NCBI RefSeq assembly: GCF_006345805.1
Contig: NC_043007.1
Span: 39,122,001-39,186,000, forward strand
DNA from: Octopus sinensis
Lineage: Eukaryota
Direction of reading: 5' to 3'
Length of the DNA: 64,000 nt
Part shown: in pieces, positions 51,720 through 64,000 of the stretch
Layout of the letters: each line of letters opens with the position of its first letter
Numbering within the stretch: the first letter of the stretch is position 1
The notes under the pieces: generated by a model
Database searches by the model: none
Told to the model about the DNA's origin: nothing
The model's input: the letters and a program-made list of their open reading frames with translations, nothing else
Made by a program: the position numbers and the translations under genes

Positions 51720-52692
51720 TATGTAATATAACTCAGTCTACATATATACCCACATGGGTGTGGGTGCATACCCACAATACAACATATACATATACATATG
51801 AGTGCATATACTCACACTCCTATACATATAAAAATATACATTTACATAATGATATAAATAAATAATATAAATTGGTAAACATATATATGTGTTCCACATT
51901 CAATGTCTCAGTTTTTCGACTTAATATTGTGATAATAAACATACACAAATTAGTACCTAGATGCAAATATACATAGTCAATAGTACATTATATTACTTCA
52001 TAATAATTTCTAAAGTGTCATTAAAGTTGTCAATATCATTAATGTTATCATTATTATCATTCATAATATTATTAATAACGCTTACATTAGGATCCAGAGC
52101 GGTATATGTGTATGTCCGGATTCTAGTTAATAATTTTCCTTGGTCGCAACAATGGCACTTCATGCATTGAGTACATATTAGATCATATTAAACTTGAACA
52201 ATACTTTTCAATCAATGAACAACTTTCATCAAAACAATGATATAGTTTTTCTTTGAGGAAAAAAAATTAGTGGAATCTATTTTCATGCCGTCGGAGTGCA
52301 CTAAGTTTCCATAGCTCCGACGGCCGATGGAATGAAAATTGGTCCGACAAATTTTTTTGATATAAGTTTCCAATATTTTTATGGAAGTTATGAGAGGTAA
52401 TATTGTATGAGAGAGTGATTTCAATACGTGTTTCTGTTCCAAACGTTATGACGCACGTGTTATGGTTAATTTTCTTGATACAGTTATAATATTTAGAGAA
52501 ATATTTACAGTTGTGATATATATATATATATATAATATATATATATATATATTACGGAGATGTACTTGCATAGCAAGTGACCTGATCTGAGATCGTGTGC
52601 TTGAACGAAAGTAATTGCAGCGTAGAAGGTGTTTATAAGCCATTTAAGAAACACTCAAAAACCGTTAGATTCAATTCAACATTTAAATTTAA

Positions 52693-52744
52693 TTTTCCAA
52701 AATATTTTCGTCGCTTTGAGACCGCGATCTGTTCACTGACAAAA
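52693..52744 (-). ncRNA. Hammerhead motif, G3-C8 variant, in a ~205-bp element (52552-52757) within (TA)n
   Basis: UUUUGUCA-GUGAACA-G(A)UCGC ggucucaaa GCGAC-GAA-AAUAUU-U-UGGAAAA. Confidence 0.65.
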
Positions 52745-52865
52745 TTCCGTGCTGCTTATATATATATGGTGAAAGCAATAAACAAAAAGAAGACAGACAG
52801 TACTGGTGGGAAACGTTTTAACAAATATTGCATTAGTTTAACGTTTAAAAATGAAGGGAGGAGTG

Positions 52866-52901
52866 TCTTAATATTTCGGGTGCTTGTCCTTCATCAGAAG
52901 A
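52866..52901 (-). ncRNA. Degenerate minimal hammerhead motif
   Basis: UCUU-CUGAUGA-aggacaagcaccc-GAA-AUAU-U-AAGA. Stem II is weak. Confidence 0.5.
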
Positions 52902-53342
52902 AATGTTTAGAAGGGGAATTGTGAAAGAGAAAATGTAAAGAAAACAGCTGCATAATTATAGGATAGGCTGGAATGTAGTTCTATAGGGGAGAGTGAAGAA
53001 GAAATGAGAGGTGGATGTGTATGTGCATATATAGGAGTGTATCCTTGCTTTGAGGTGGGAATAAGGGACAATGCCGTATATGTGTGGTTTTTGGTGTGGG
53101 TGTATATATGTGTAGAGGTATGCAAGTAGGGGAGTGCTATGACATGGGTTAGAAGGGATACAGGGTGAAGACATGTGCGAGGAAAGCATGGACGTGAGGA
53201 AGTGTGAACTGACGCGAGCGTGAGGTAAAAAGGTAGCTGAGAAGAATGTAGGGTGTGATAGAAGCGCATGTAAAGATATGGGTGTGAGATGCAGTTATGT
53301 GGGAGAAAGTTATGAACGAGAGAGAAGAAATACACATAAATA

Positions 53343-53556
53343 CGAGGGTGTGCTGAAAAGTTCCTGGCTTTGGGTAAAGGAAAATACAGGAAGATCAGTT
53401 AATTATGATTTTATTTAATATGTTCCCCTCAGGTTCACGCACTTATTGCGGCGGTCCTTCAGTTTTTCTAAACCCGTAAAAGAACTCAGAATGTTGAGTC
53501 CCCAACCAGGCCTTTCACGACACCCTTAAACCCTGGAACTTTTCTGCACCCCACCG
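53343..53556. mobile_element. mariner-like MITE
   Basis: TA on both sides. Homologous to 30459-30673. Confidence 0.85.
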
Positions 53557-53559
53557 TAT

Positions 53560-53623
<64 letters not shown>

Positions 53624-53773
53624 ACACACACACACACATACACACGTATGCACTTATTTGCTACTTTTACTGATTTATTTATTTGTTTATTCATACTGTA
53701 AGAAATTATATTAGTTATTATTAATATAACTATTAATTTAGATATATTAGTCGATAGTTTGGATTCTTACATA

Positions 53774-54161
53774 TCTATTATATAAAATCCGTTCTGGCTG
53801 TCTGTGTGTGTATCTTCTAGGATCTCGGGCATCCTCCATCCTATTGCACTCAAATTTGATATGTAGATACCGACGGTATCAGGGCGTGTATAATTCTTGA
53901 AAAAATTACAAAAATCTATTCCAGGCGAGAATGCGATCGATAAAACCGCGGGAACGTGCATTTGTACGCGCAAGTACATCAGCTGTAGCGATCGATACTA
54001 CGCGTACGCGAGAAAAATGCACGTGCAGTTTGCGCAAAAAAGCCGGCTGGCTTGAAATAATGCCACAAAATGGGACGGTCGGACAAGTTGTTTTGAGAAA
54101 ATTTGGTTCAAATGTTTGACAACTCAGCACCGCCCATTGGACGGGGGACGTTTTGCTTTAG
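53774..54161 (+). mobile_element. Non-autonomous Helitron H3
   Basis: A|TCTATTATATAAAA start, hairpin CCGCCCATTGGACGG, TTAG|T end. Confidence 0.75.
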
Positions 54162-54615
54162 TATAGAAGTACGATTCTTATGTATCTCATTTACAGCGTT
54201 TATTTCTAACTAAAACCATTTAAATACAAGGAAAATATATTTAACTTTAAGATATTAGGTATTATTATATCATTCACACAGTGTTTATTTTAATTAAATC
54301 TATTTAAATTCAATAAATATATATTCAACTTTATGAACAAAGTTTCCGTTCCCTCTTATTATTAGTATAATTTATTTAGATATATTTATTGATAGTTTGG
54401 GTTCCGATATTATTCGTCTATTTAATTAATAGTATAGAAGCACGATTCCTAGGTATCTTATACAGGGTGTTTAGTTTTTGGCTAAAACTATTTAAATTCA
54501 ACAAAAGTATATTTAACTTTAAGAATTATTCTTATGTATAATTGTATTATTCACACAGTGTCTATTTAATTATATTCATTTCAATTTATTTAAATTTATT
54601 AAAGATATATTTAAC

Positions 54616-55002
54616 CCTATGCACACAACAAAATCCTCTTTCCCTCGTGTTGTTTATTCATTTGTGTTTTGATGTAGGAATTTCATAAATTTCCTCTACG
54701 CAGGATTCACATCTTTTGTTCATAATGCTATAAGATTTTGCTCGGCTAATTATTTGTCACCTAAGTGTATATTCCCTATTTTTATCCTTAATCGCCCAAA
54801 TTAGTTTACTAAGACTAGTGCTTGCTTCTTTTCTCCTAAAAATGTTTTCATGGTTCGCTATCCTTCTTTTTATATAATTTTCTTTAGAACCAATATAGTA
54901 GTAATCCTGTCCCTCAGATGATACCTTACGGCCATATATAACACTTTTTCTCCTACAAAAGTTTCTTAATGGACATCGATTTTCCTTGGCACAATCACAG
55001 GC
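54616..55002 (-). pseudogene. Penelope-like GIY-YIG endonuclease domain, near complete, 2 stops
   Basis: CDCAKENRCPLRNFCRRKSVIYGRKVSSEGQDYYYIGSKENYIKRRIANHENIFRRKEASTSLSKLIWAIKDKNREYTLR*QIISRAKSYSIMNKRCESCVEEIYEI...NNTRERGFCCVHR. Confidence 0.9.
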
Positions 55003-55368
55003 TTATCTATATTTTGTTGTGTCTGGGGTGAGTCATATTGTCATAATGCCTTATTATCTAACACACTTTAAAGCTCGGTTCGATTGCCACTCATTTATTA
55101 TTTATATTTTTTGTTCCAAAATTTTCGTTGCTTTTGCAACCTTGTCAAAATTAAGACGATATGACTCTCCTCAGATACAATAGAATTTGCTTCAACATAT
55201 GAATTCACATAAAAAATCTTGCCAAACCAGATATAAAAAAAAACCCAAGTATGTATGTATATATATACACGTGTGTGTGTACTGCGTACTTGTCCTTTTT
55301 TCAGTCATTAGACCGCAACCATGCTGGAGCAATGCCTCAAAGAAATTTAGTCAGTTGTATGGCCCCCG

Positions 55369-55427
<59 letters not shown>

Positions 55428-55479
55428 TCATATCTACTATCGATCGATCATCATCATTAATATCAGCAAGCACACTCTT

Positions 55480-56312
55480 GTTTTATCTTGTTTCTCTCAT
55501 TAGACTGCGACCATGCTGGGGCACCGCCTTCAAGAGTTTAGTCAAACACATCAACCCCGATACTTATTTTTTTAAAGGCTTATTCTATCGGTCTCTTATT
55601 CCGAGCCGCTAAATAACGGCGACGCAAACAAACTAACACCGGTTGCCGAACGGTGATGGTGGAGACACACACACACACACGACAGGCCACTTTCAGTTTT
55701 CATCTATCAAATCCGCTCTCAAGTCTTTGGTCGGCCCGGGACTATAATAGAAGACATTAAGGCGGCGAGCTGGCAGAATCGTTAGCACGCCGGGCGAAAT
55801 GCGTAGCCGTATTTCGTCTGCCGTTACGTTCTGGGTTCGAATTCCGCCGAGGTCGACTTTGGCTTTGATCCTTTTGGGGTCGATAAATTAAGTACCAGTT
55901 ACGCACTGGGTCGATGTAATCGACTTAATCCCTTTGTCTCTCCTTGTTTGTCCCCTCTATGTTTAGCCCCTTGTAGGTAGTAAAGAAATAGGTATTTAAG
56001 GCGGCGAGCTGGCAGAATCGTTAGCGCGCCGGGCGAAATGCGTAGCCGCATTTCATCTGCAGTTACGTTCTGGGTTCAATTTCCGCCGAGGTCGACTTTG
56101 CCTTTCATCCTTTCGGGGTCGATAAATTAAGTACCAGTTACGCACTGGGGTCGATGTAATCGACTTAATCCCTTTTCTGTCCTTGTTTGTCCCCTCTATG
56201 TTTAGCCCCTTGAAGGTAGTAAAGGAATATATAATAGAAGGCATTTGCCCAAGTGGGACAGAACCTGGAACCATGAGGTGAGGAAACAAACTTCTTACTA
56301 CATACACACGCC
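55480..56312. mobile_element. SINE family B (minus) interrupted by two tandem family A copies (55758-56228, plus)
   Basis: Family B breaks near 55757 and resumes near 56230, with TATAATAGAAG on both sides. Confidence 0.85.
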
Positions 56313-56834
56313 ATTTATTTAAAATATCAATCTTCATTGAATTTAGCTAAAAGCTCAAGTTTTCTAAAGCATTTTTTATTTCAATAAAACCTGTTTGTGT
56401 TGTTTTACAATTTCTCAAACCAGAAACTCACCAGTATTTCTCCCATTTTTTCATTTCTATTTTTTACTTTTGTCCGTTTCCAAAATGTTATAACAATGAG
56501 TCATATGCATGTTTATTTATTTATGTATTTATTTATTTATCTATTTATCTATTCACAAAAATATAGCTGAAATAAATATTAGAGAAAATCTCGGTGAGAG
56601 CAGTCGTATAATACATAGATATAACTGAGTCGCAAGAAACTGATTAAGTTAACACTTCAAGGTTGTACGCTGCTCTATGTTCCAGTTCAATCTGGTCTGC
56701 TTTTAGAATTTTAGTTTTAAAGCTAAGTATCCGGCTAAATGCACTATCAACTAAGCAAATTATTAAAAAAATCTACAGGCATATTATTAACAAATTATTA
56801 AAAAAATCTACAGGCAAATATAAAAAAATCTACA

Positions 56835-57242
56835 GGCGTAGGAGTAGCTGTGTGGTATGTAGCTTGATTACCGACAACGTGGTTCTGGGTTCAGTCCCAC
56901 TGCGTGGAAGCTTGGGCAAGTGTCTTCTACTATAGCCTCGGGCCGACCAAAGCCTTGTGAGTGGATTTGGTAGACGGAAACTGAAAGAAGCCCGTCGTAT
57001 ATATATACATGTGTGTGTGTATATTTCTGTATCTGTGTTTGTTCCCCCCAACATCGCTTGACAACCGATGCTGGTGTGTTTACGTCCCCGTAACTTAGCG
57101 GTTCGGCAAAAGAGACCGATAGAATAAGTACTAGGCTTACAAAAGAATAAGTCCTGGGATCGATTTTCTCGACTAAAGGCGGTGCTCCAGCATGGCCACA
57201 GTCAAATGACTGAAACAAGTAAAAAATAAGTAAAAAGTAAGT
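56835..57242 (+). mobile_element. SINE family B, full length
   Basis: Head to GTAAAA tail. Confidence 0.9.
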
Positions 57243-57548
57243 AATCATTTACATACACACATACATTTATAGATACGAGAAATTTTTCACAATATTCAGA
57301 TGGCTTTCAGTTTTCCATGTCAGCTAATTTCATACTAATCTAGCAAAGAGGTTATGTGCCACCGTCCAACAGGCCTGCTGAGTCACCTATATTGCTAAGA
57401 ACAATATAAGACGTGAAACCATTGGTAACTTTCTGACCAACAATAACCAAAGGCTACATAAAATATTAGTGCTCAAAAGATTTTTTTACAGTGTGTTTTT
57501 TTTTTCGGACTCATGAATATCTGACCAATATATGCATATATAAGCAAA

Positions 57549-57928
57549 GACGTGGCTGTGTGGTAAGAAATTTGCTTCCCAACCACTTTATTGTAGGTTC
57601 AGTCCCACTGCGTGGCACCTTGGGTAAGTGTCCTCTACCATAGCCTTAGGCCGACTAAACCCTTGTGAGTGGATCTGGTAGAGAGAAACTGAAAGCCCGT
57701 TGTGTGCCTCTGTGTGTGTGTGCGCGCGGGAGTTTGCTTGTTTGTTCCCCATCAACCGGTGTTGGTATGTTTACGTCCCCATTATCTATCGGTTCGACAA
57801 AAATACTGATGGAATAATTACCAGGCTTTAAAAATAAAAATAAGTACTGGGGTCAATTCGTTCGACTAAAATTCTTCAATGTGCTGCCTCAGCATGGCCG
57901 CAGTCTAATGACTGAAGCAAATAAAAGG
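57549..57928 (+). mobile_element. SINE family B, diverged
   Basis: Similarity to 56835-57242. Confidence 0.85.
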
Positions 57929-57942
57929 TAAAAACTAAAATT

Positions 57943-59227
57943 CAGGGTGTTCGGGCTACATTTAACAGTTTGCATAATAAAGAAAGAAAGAAAACACATC
58001 TTACCCGAAAGCAAAGATATTTTTAAAAACCAAAAAATATCAGCTAAATTATGGCAAGGAGATGGCAGTTTACTAAAAGGAACTGCCTTCAGCTTCCACC
58101 ATGGCTCCAGGGTGGCTCCGGAACCTGGTACATGCGTTCTTCATTGTGTCACTAGGAAGATCTTTGAACACCTTCTTCCAGGTCACCAGCTAGCTCTTGG
58201 TGTTGCAAGAAGAGCGGTTGGTGTCTTTCTCAGCCGCCCCCAACACATAGTAATCCGTGAAATTGCAATCGGGGTAATTAGAAGGCCAGAGATTGAGGCC
58301 GGTCAAGTCGTAGAAATTTTCCAACAAACTTTCTAACTCTTTCCAGCGGTATGGTAAGGAGCCAAATCCTGTTGCCACGCATATGACCTTCCAGCAGCGA
58401 TCCTCTCCAGCCAGGGTTTGACCATAGTCTCCAACAGCATCACATAACCATCTGAATTGAGCCTAAGACTCTGTCCAATGATATGGGGATGAAATTTCGG
58501 CATGCGGACACAGTCAGAACGCTTACTCTTTTACTCTTTTACGTGTTTCAGTCATGTGACTGTGGCCATGCTGGAGCACCGCCTTTAGTCGAGCAAATCG
58601 ATCCCAGGACTTATTCTTTGTAAGCCTAGTACTTATTCTATCGGTCTCTTTTGTCGAACCGCCAGGTTACTGGGAAGCGATGTTGGAGGGACAAACACAA
58701 ACACACAAACATATACACACACATACATATAGATACATATATACGACAGGCTTCTTTCAGTTTCCGTCTACCAAATCCACTCACAAGGCTTTGGTCGGCC
58801 CGAGGATATAGTAGAAGACACTTGCCCAAAGTGCCACGCCAGTGGGACTGAACCCGGAACTATGTGGTTCGTAAGCAAGCTACTTAACACACAGCCAATC
58901 CTACGCCTACTATGTACTTTCCTATAGGTCACTATTGCGTAATCTCCGTTGCAGCTATTCATGTCATGTTTTACAACCTTTACAGTGTTTACAGAGCACT
59001 GAGCAGCCGTCCTGATGTCAGAATTTTGATACTCGGTGCGAATCATGTTACAGCAGTTCTTTTCCAATATTCAAATAGCTTCCAGTCCTCCATGTCAGCG
59101 AACTTTTTCTCAACAACGGCTTTAATCTTTATGCTCTCCATCGCTGTTGACTATTCACTAATACATCAAGCAATTCCTGAAAACAGGAGTAGTCATAAAA
59201 ATCGTCAAATTTAGCCCGAACACGCAA
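57943..59227 (-). mobile_element. Decayed maT-type (DD37D) transposon with internal deletion and SINE insertion
   Basis: TIRs CAGGGTGTTCGGGCTA.ATTT and AAATTTAGCCCGAACAC. WQQDLAPYHT...WPSNYPDCNFTDYYVLG. 110 nt between the D codons (37 codons minus 1 nt). Confidence 0.8.
58525..58908 (-). mobile_element. SINE family B nested in the maT element
   Basis: Similarity to 19374-19786. Confidence 0.9.
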
Positions 59228-59276
59228 TACACACTCACACACACACACACACACACACACCACACACACACACACA

Positions 59277-59307
<31 letters not shown>

Positions 59308-60021
59308 CACATGCACATACACACATGTTATATGGCATACTATTCGCTTGTTGATAGGATTAGTAAAAAGTATCCATGTAAGCGAGAGATTTCGTGTATC
59401 TTAGATTTAAAACTGAGGCAGAGATTCGGTTTTATTGAATGTTTCGATATTAGCTCTTTCCCAGGAGAGCATTTGTCACATTTTTGCTGGATCTTTCGAG
59501 TATTTTCTATCCGACGCTGTAATTCAATGCAGTGTCTTTCACAAACAAAAATTCTCAAGAAAGTTCAGACGTGCCGCCGTTTAACATGCTTAAGTAAGTA
59601 GGTGATTGTATTAGCGTTTCTTAAATCGTCCTTCGGTCACCCCTATGTATAAAACCGTTTAAGAGAATTGCTTTAGATAGGATTTGATTGTTCCACTTCT
59701 GCTTGGTTGATAATGAGTTTAGTATTGCAGGACCCGTTCAGTAGGCTGTGATGTTTCTGGAAGAACAGCTTTCTCCTGATGTGATTAAGGGATTATATAA
59801 ATTGTGGGACAATTATAACTCAACTTAACTCTTTAGCATTTAAAGTGGTCATATCCAGCAAAAATATACTTCCTGTTTTATGTTTAAACCGGCCAGATCC
59901 AGCCCCTTACATTTACCCAACAATGTCTTTCTTAAAAATAAGCAATTAAACAATTACATCATCGAAATATTGAAGCTACAAGATAATGCTTGATTAATTA
60001 AAAACAATGTGAATAAATATA

Positions 60022-60245
60022 TTTCTTTATTGCCCACAAGGGGCTAAACACAGAGGGGACAAACAAGGACAGACAAACGGATTAAGTCGATTACATCGAC
60101 CCCAGTGCGTAACTGGTACTTAATTTATCGATCCCGAAAGGATGAAAGGCAAAGTCGGCCTCGGCGGAATTTGAACTCAGACCGTAACGGCAGACGAAAT
60201 ACCGCTAAGCCTTTCGTCCAGCATGTTAACGATTCTGCCAGCTCG
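60022..60245 (-). mobile_element. SINE family A
   Basis: Reverse complement of the 4584 unit. Confidence 0.88.
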
Positions 60246-60722
60246 AAGCTTTACATATGACAGGGTAATCTAAATACAAAGGATTAAGGGCTTAGTACTG
60301 TCCAATAATTTCTTATATTTGTGTTGGATGAAAGTGTTTTTTTCTAAGTTGAGAAAATGTTTTTAGCTATATTAGATCTGATATTAAACGCATAGAGTGG
60401 GGCAAACTAAATGACGTCAGTTGTCTTATTTTGTGGGATTCTTGAGCTTAGTGTATTAATGATATTGAATGCTTTCATTTCCTATTTAACAGATACGAAT
60501 GTAGCATATATATGTGCGTGTATGTGTGTTTAGGTGTGAAGGTGGTGAATCCGTCGGTTTCGACAATGTTTCAGTCATTCGGTCAGCAGAATTGCCTATT
60601 TGTAATAGCTCTATCATAATTGACTGAGTATTCCACATACACTCGTGCCCTTAATGTAAACCTCGGGTATAATCGGCGTGACCCAATCTGTAACAAGACT
60701 GCCGGTGTACAACCCACCCGTC

Positions 60723-61156
60723 GGATCTTTTCGGTTTGAACGGCAGTTTTTAACATAATTTCTAGGTAACTAAAAAATTTTAAACTTCGTATACTGGTAG
60801 AATGTGTTTATAAAACATCTTTTTCTCTTGGCTTTATTGAGAAAATTCTATAGTTTGTAAGATATTTGTTGTTTTTTTTTCTGCAATTTCTGCAATTTCA
60901 ACCAATCAATGACCGTCTATTGAGGTGAAAACATTCTGTGCCGTATGAAAATGTCCCTCGTTTGAGAAACAGATTGGGTTTATTTACATTTGTGAAGAAA
61001 AAAAGATACCCTTCTCCCCACCCCTAACCCTAACCCTAACTAACCTTAACCCTAAAACAGATTGAAATGCAATAGATCGATACTAGGGTCATAATTATGG
61101 GTGACAAGTTCATATGACACTGCTAGAAAAAACTGCCGCTCAAACCGAAAAGATCC
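60723..61156. mobile_element. MITE with GG..CC TIRs and 8-bp TSD (Merlin-like), containing (CCCTAA)n
   Basis: TIRs GGATCTTTTCGGTTTGAACGGCAGTTTTT and AAAAACTGCCGCTCAAACCGAAAAGATCC. TSD CACCCGTC at 60715-60722 and 61157-61164. Confidence 0.88.
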
Positions 61157-61479
61157 CACCCGTCTACTCAGTTTTAGTAGTAAGATTTGTGCCCACTCAA
61201 GGCTGTGGTGAATCTCGAAGTCCTTGGTTCGATCTTCAATGTGGTGGGTTGAACCTCGTCGCTGCAGGGTGACCTTCCTAGCCTTTCAGCTATGCTGTGC
61301 CCTATATCTCCTCAACACAAACGCGCAAGCACACATACGCACATCTATATACACCTATCACATATATATATGTGTAAGTATTTCAAGTTTTATTTCACTG
61401 TATACACTCACGTATCCACACACTCAGGCATGTAGATACGCATACATGCAAACGTACTCACGCACTATTGTACGCAACA

Positions 61480-61481
61480 CA

Positions 61482-61525
<44 letters not shown>

Positions 61526-62549
61526 ACTCACACACACATGAAATATTAGCATGCAAACACATAGGAACATATACACACGCATACATGTAAATACACATTG
61601 GCGCACACTTGTATGCACAAAACACATACATGCACACACGTGTCCTCATTTATACGTAGTACGCATACATACACACAAACATAGACACACCATGCATACA
61701 CACACCAAATACACACACATCAAATACATACACACACACACACATCAAATACATACACACACACATCAAATACATACACACACACACATCAAATACATAC
61801 ATACACACACATCAAATACATACACACACACACACACATCAAATACATACACACACACACATCAAATACATACGCACACACACATCAAATACATACACAC
61901 ACACACATCAAATACATACAGACACATACATGCAAAACAAACAAGAAACAATCGCACACTTATATACGCACCATACGCACAAACTTATATAGACACACAT
62001 ATACGCAAACACACGCTCACACCCACACGTACGCACACATCACACCACACAAACATATACACACCCACACATTTCACATACAAACACACCAGAGTTACAT
62101 ACCTAGAAACAACATGTTCGCATGAACGCTCGCACACACCTACACACACACACACACACGCTCACATGCACACAAACATACACATACATATAACAAATAT
62201 AAACACACACGAACATAGACACATAGAAACAACACACTCGCACACACATACGCATGCACACACACACACAGACACACGCACACAGACACACACACACACA
62301 TACACGCACACACACACTCACATGCACACAAACATACACATACATATAACGAATATAAACACACACTAACATAGACACATAGAAACAACACACTCGCACA
62401 CACATACGCATGCACACACACACAGACACACGCACACACACACACACCCTCACATGCACACAAACATAGACACATAGAAACAACACACTCGAACACACAC
62501 ACACGCACACACGCACACACACACACACTCACACACACACACACACATA

Positions 62550-62598
<49 letters not shown>
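61480..62598. repeat. CA-rich compound micro/minisatellite
   Basis: ACATCAAATACAT(AC)n units at 61717-61920 and ~170-bp duplications at 62105-62500. Confidence 0.9.
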
Positions 62599-62601
<3 letters not shown>

Positions 62602-62936
62602 AGAAATGGCCATTAAGACAGTCAGTGATTCGTCAACACATGAATGCACAATGATGAAATATGAGTGAGACATTCCAATGTGACGTGAACAACTGAAGGT
62701 TGGGTGACATTCTTCTTCTTTCCCTCCCAGCCCATCCCACCACCACCACCACTACAAACCTCCCACCACCACTGCTACCCACTCGACCTATTGCTGTCAC
62801 CTGACTCGAGTCGAGCCGCCGACGAGGTAGCCTTTACCTGCTCATTCGAACTGCTAGAAATAGCACCCGAATCTATCTGAAATTACTCTCTGCTGTCTAG
62901 AAATAAAAGAAAGAGTATGTTAGGTAATGTAGTCAG

Positions 62937-63115
62937 CAGGAGTGGCTGTGTGGTAAGAAACTTGCTTCCCAACCACATGGTTCCAGGTTCAGTCCCACTG
63001 CATGGCACCTTGGGCGAGTGTTTTCCATTATAGTCTCGGGCTGACCAATGCCTGGTGAATGGATTTGGTAGACAGAAACTGAAAGATGCCCGTCGTGTAT
63101 ACATACATACATATA

Positions 63116-63149
<34 letters not shown>

Positions 63150-63151
63150 CA

Positions 63152-63183
<32 letters not shown>

Positions 63184-63185
63184 CA

Positions 63186-63219
<34 letters not shown>

Positions 63220-63270
63220 CGTACGTACGTACGTACGTACATACATACATACATACATACATACATACAT

Positions 63271-63302
<32 letters not shown>

Positions 63303-63303
63303 G
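62937..63303 (+). mobile_element. SINE family B 5' half running into (CATA)n
   Basis: Head matches 56835. Confidence 0.85.
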
Positions 63304-63507
63304 ACGAATCTATTCACTTTGGTGAATGGATAAAGCACTTCGTTATAGGTGTTGTTAACATAGTTAAGACTATTGAAAAGGTTGCAAGACGCAACGAAAA
63401 TTTTAGGAAAATAAAAAAAAGAAATAAGTGGAAATTTTACCGGTGAGTCTGTTAAATCATAAAACACAAAAAGAAAATGACTCTCCCCAGACACAACAGA
63501 ACATATA

Positions 63508-63790
63508 TAGGGTTATTCAAAAAGAATGAACCGATTTCATTACGCAATATTTTAATAAGGAAAAGCAGTAAAAATAACTCCAGCTAAGTCACAAGTATTT
63601 ACTCACAGTCAACTTTTATTTCTTGTCTTACAGGGGTTCAATGTGGCCACCACCTGCAGCACGGGCAACATCAATGCGATTGATATACTGGTTGTGAGTA
63701 AATACTTGTGACTTAGCTAGAGTTTTCTATTGCTTTTCCTTATTAAAATATTGCGTAATGAAATCGGTTCATTCTTTCTGAAAAACCCTG
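63508..63790. mobile_element. Tc1/mariner-superfamily MITE with ~100-bp TIRs
   Basis: Arms 63508-63608 and about 63693-63790. The spacer encodes RIDVARAAGGGHIEPL* on the minus strand. Confidence 0.85.
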
Positions 63791-63961
63791 TGTGTGTGTA
63801 TATATATATATATATATAAGTAGTTAAATGAATTATCCTAGTATGGATAATTCGGTTAACCGATACCCGGGTAGCAAATTCACGTCAGAAAAACACGGTT
63901 GAAGCTACATGCCAAGGGCAGAGATCACGTGCTTTCGTGTGGAAATTTGTGTGTTTATTTC

Positions 63962-64000
<39 letters not shown>

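Noticed and set aside
51720-52500. Possible further PLE coding relic upstream of the 51.6-kb hammerhead (also 34040-34440, 43560-43810)
   Set aside because: Too degenerate to read diagnostic motifs by eye. Needs TBLASTN or a profile search.
61022-61055. True telomere or chromosome fusion scar
   Set aside because: Only a few units, internal to a TIR element with TSD.
61551-62673. 272-aa and other HT/CV-rich ORFs
   Set aside because: CA-rich repeats. The same applies to ORFs at 16.8-17.4, 29.0-29.5, 47.1-48.6 and 62.9-63.5 kb.

Overview
AT-rich, repeat-dominated animal genomic DNA. The SINE families and dense (TA)n/(CA)n/(TATC)n/(TATG)n microsatellites suggest an octopus or other coleoid cephalopod (my inference). 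Almost all ORFs in the supplied track are microsatellite or SINE artefacts. Supported content: three tRNA-derived SINE families; four non-autonomous Helitrons; two decayed Tc1 elements with DD36E spacing; a decayed DD37D (maT-type) element; several MITEs (mariner-, hAT- and Merlin-like); a 5'-truncated RTE LINE end; and decayed Penelope-like element (PLE) RT and GIY-YIG fragments. A few phase-compatible candidate exons of an unidentified minus-strand host gene are also present. The main unexplained signal is RNA structure. About a dozen hammerhead-ribozyme (HHR) motifs lie in short non-coding PLE/retrozyme-like repeats, many sitting in (TA)n tracts. They show C3-G8, U3-A8 and G3-C8 core variants and palindromic stem III. 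One repeat family (copies near 27.3, 32.5, 36.8 and 37.6 kb) carries the hammerhead core strands in a reversed order that fits none of types I, II or III, with compensatory indels in stems I and III. This candidate permuted or pseudoknotted hammerhead is the best lead. All structures were read by eye and need folding, covariance and cleavage tests.
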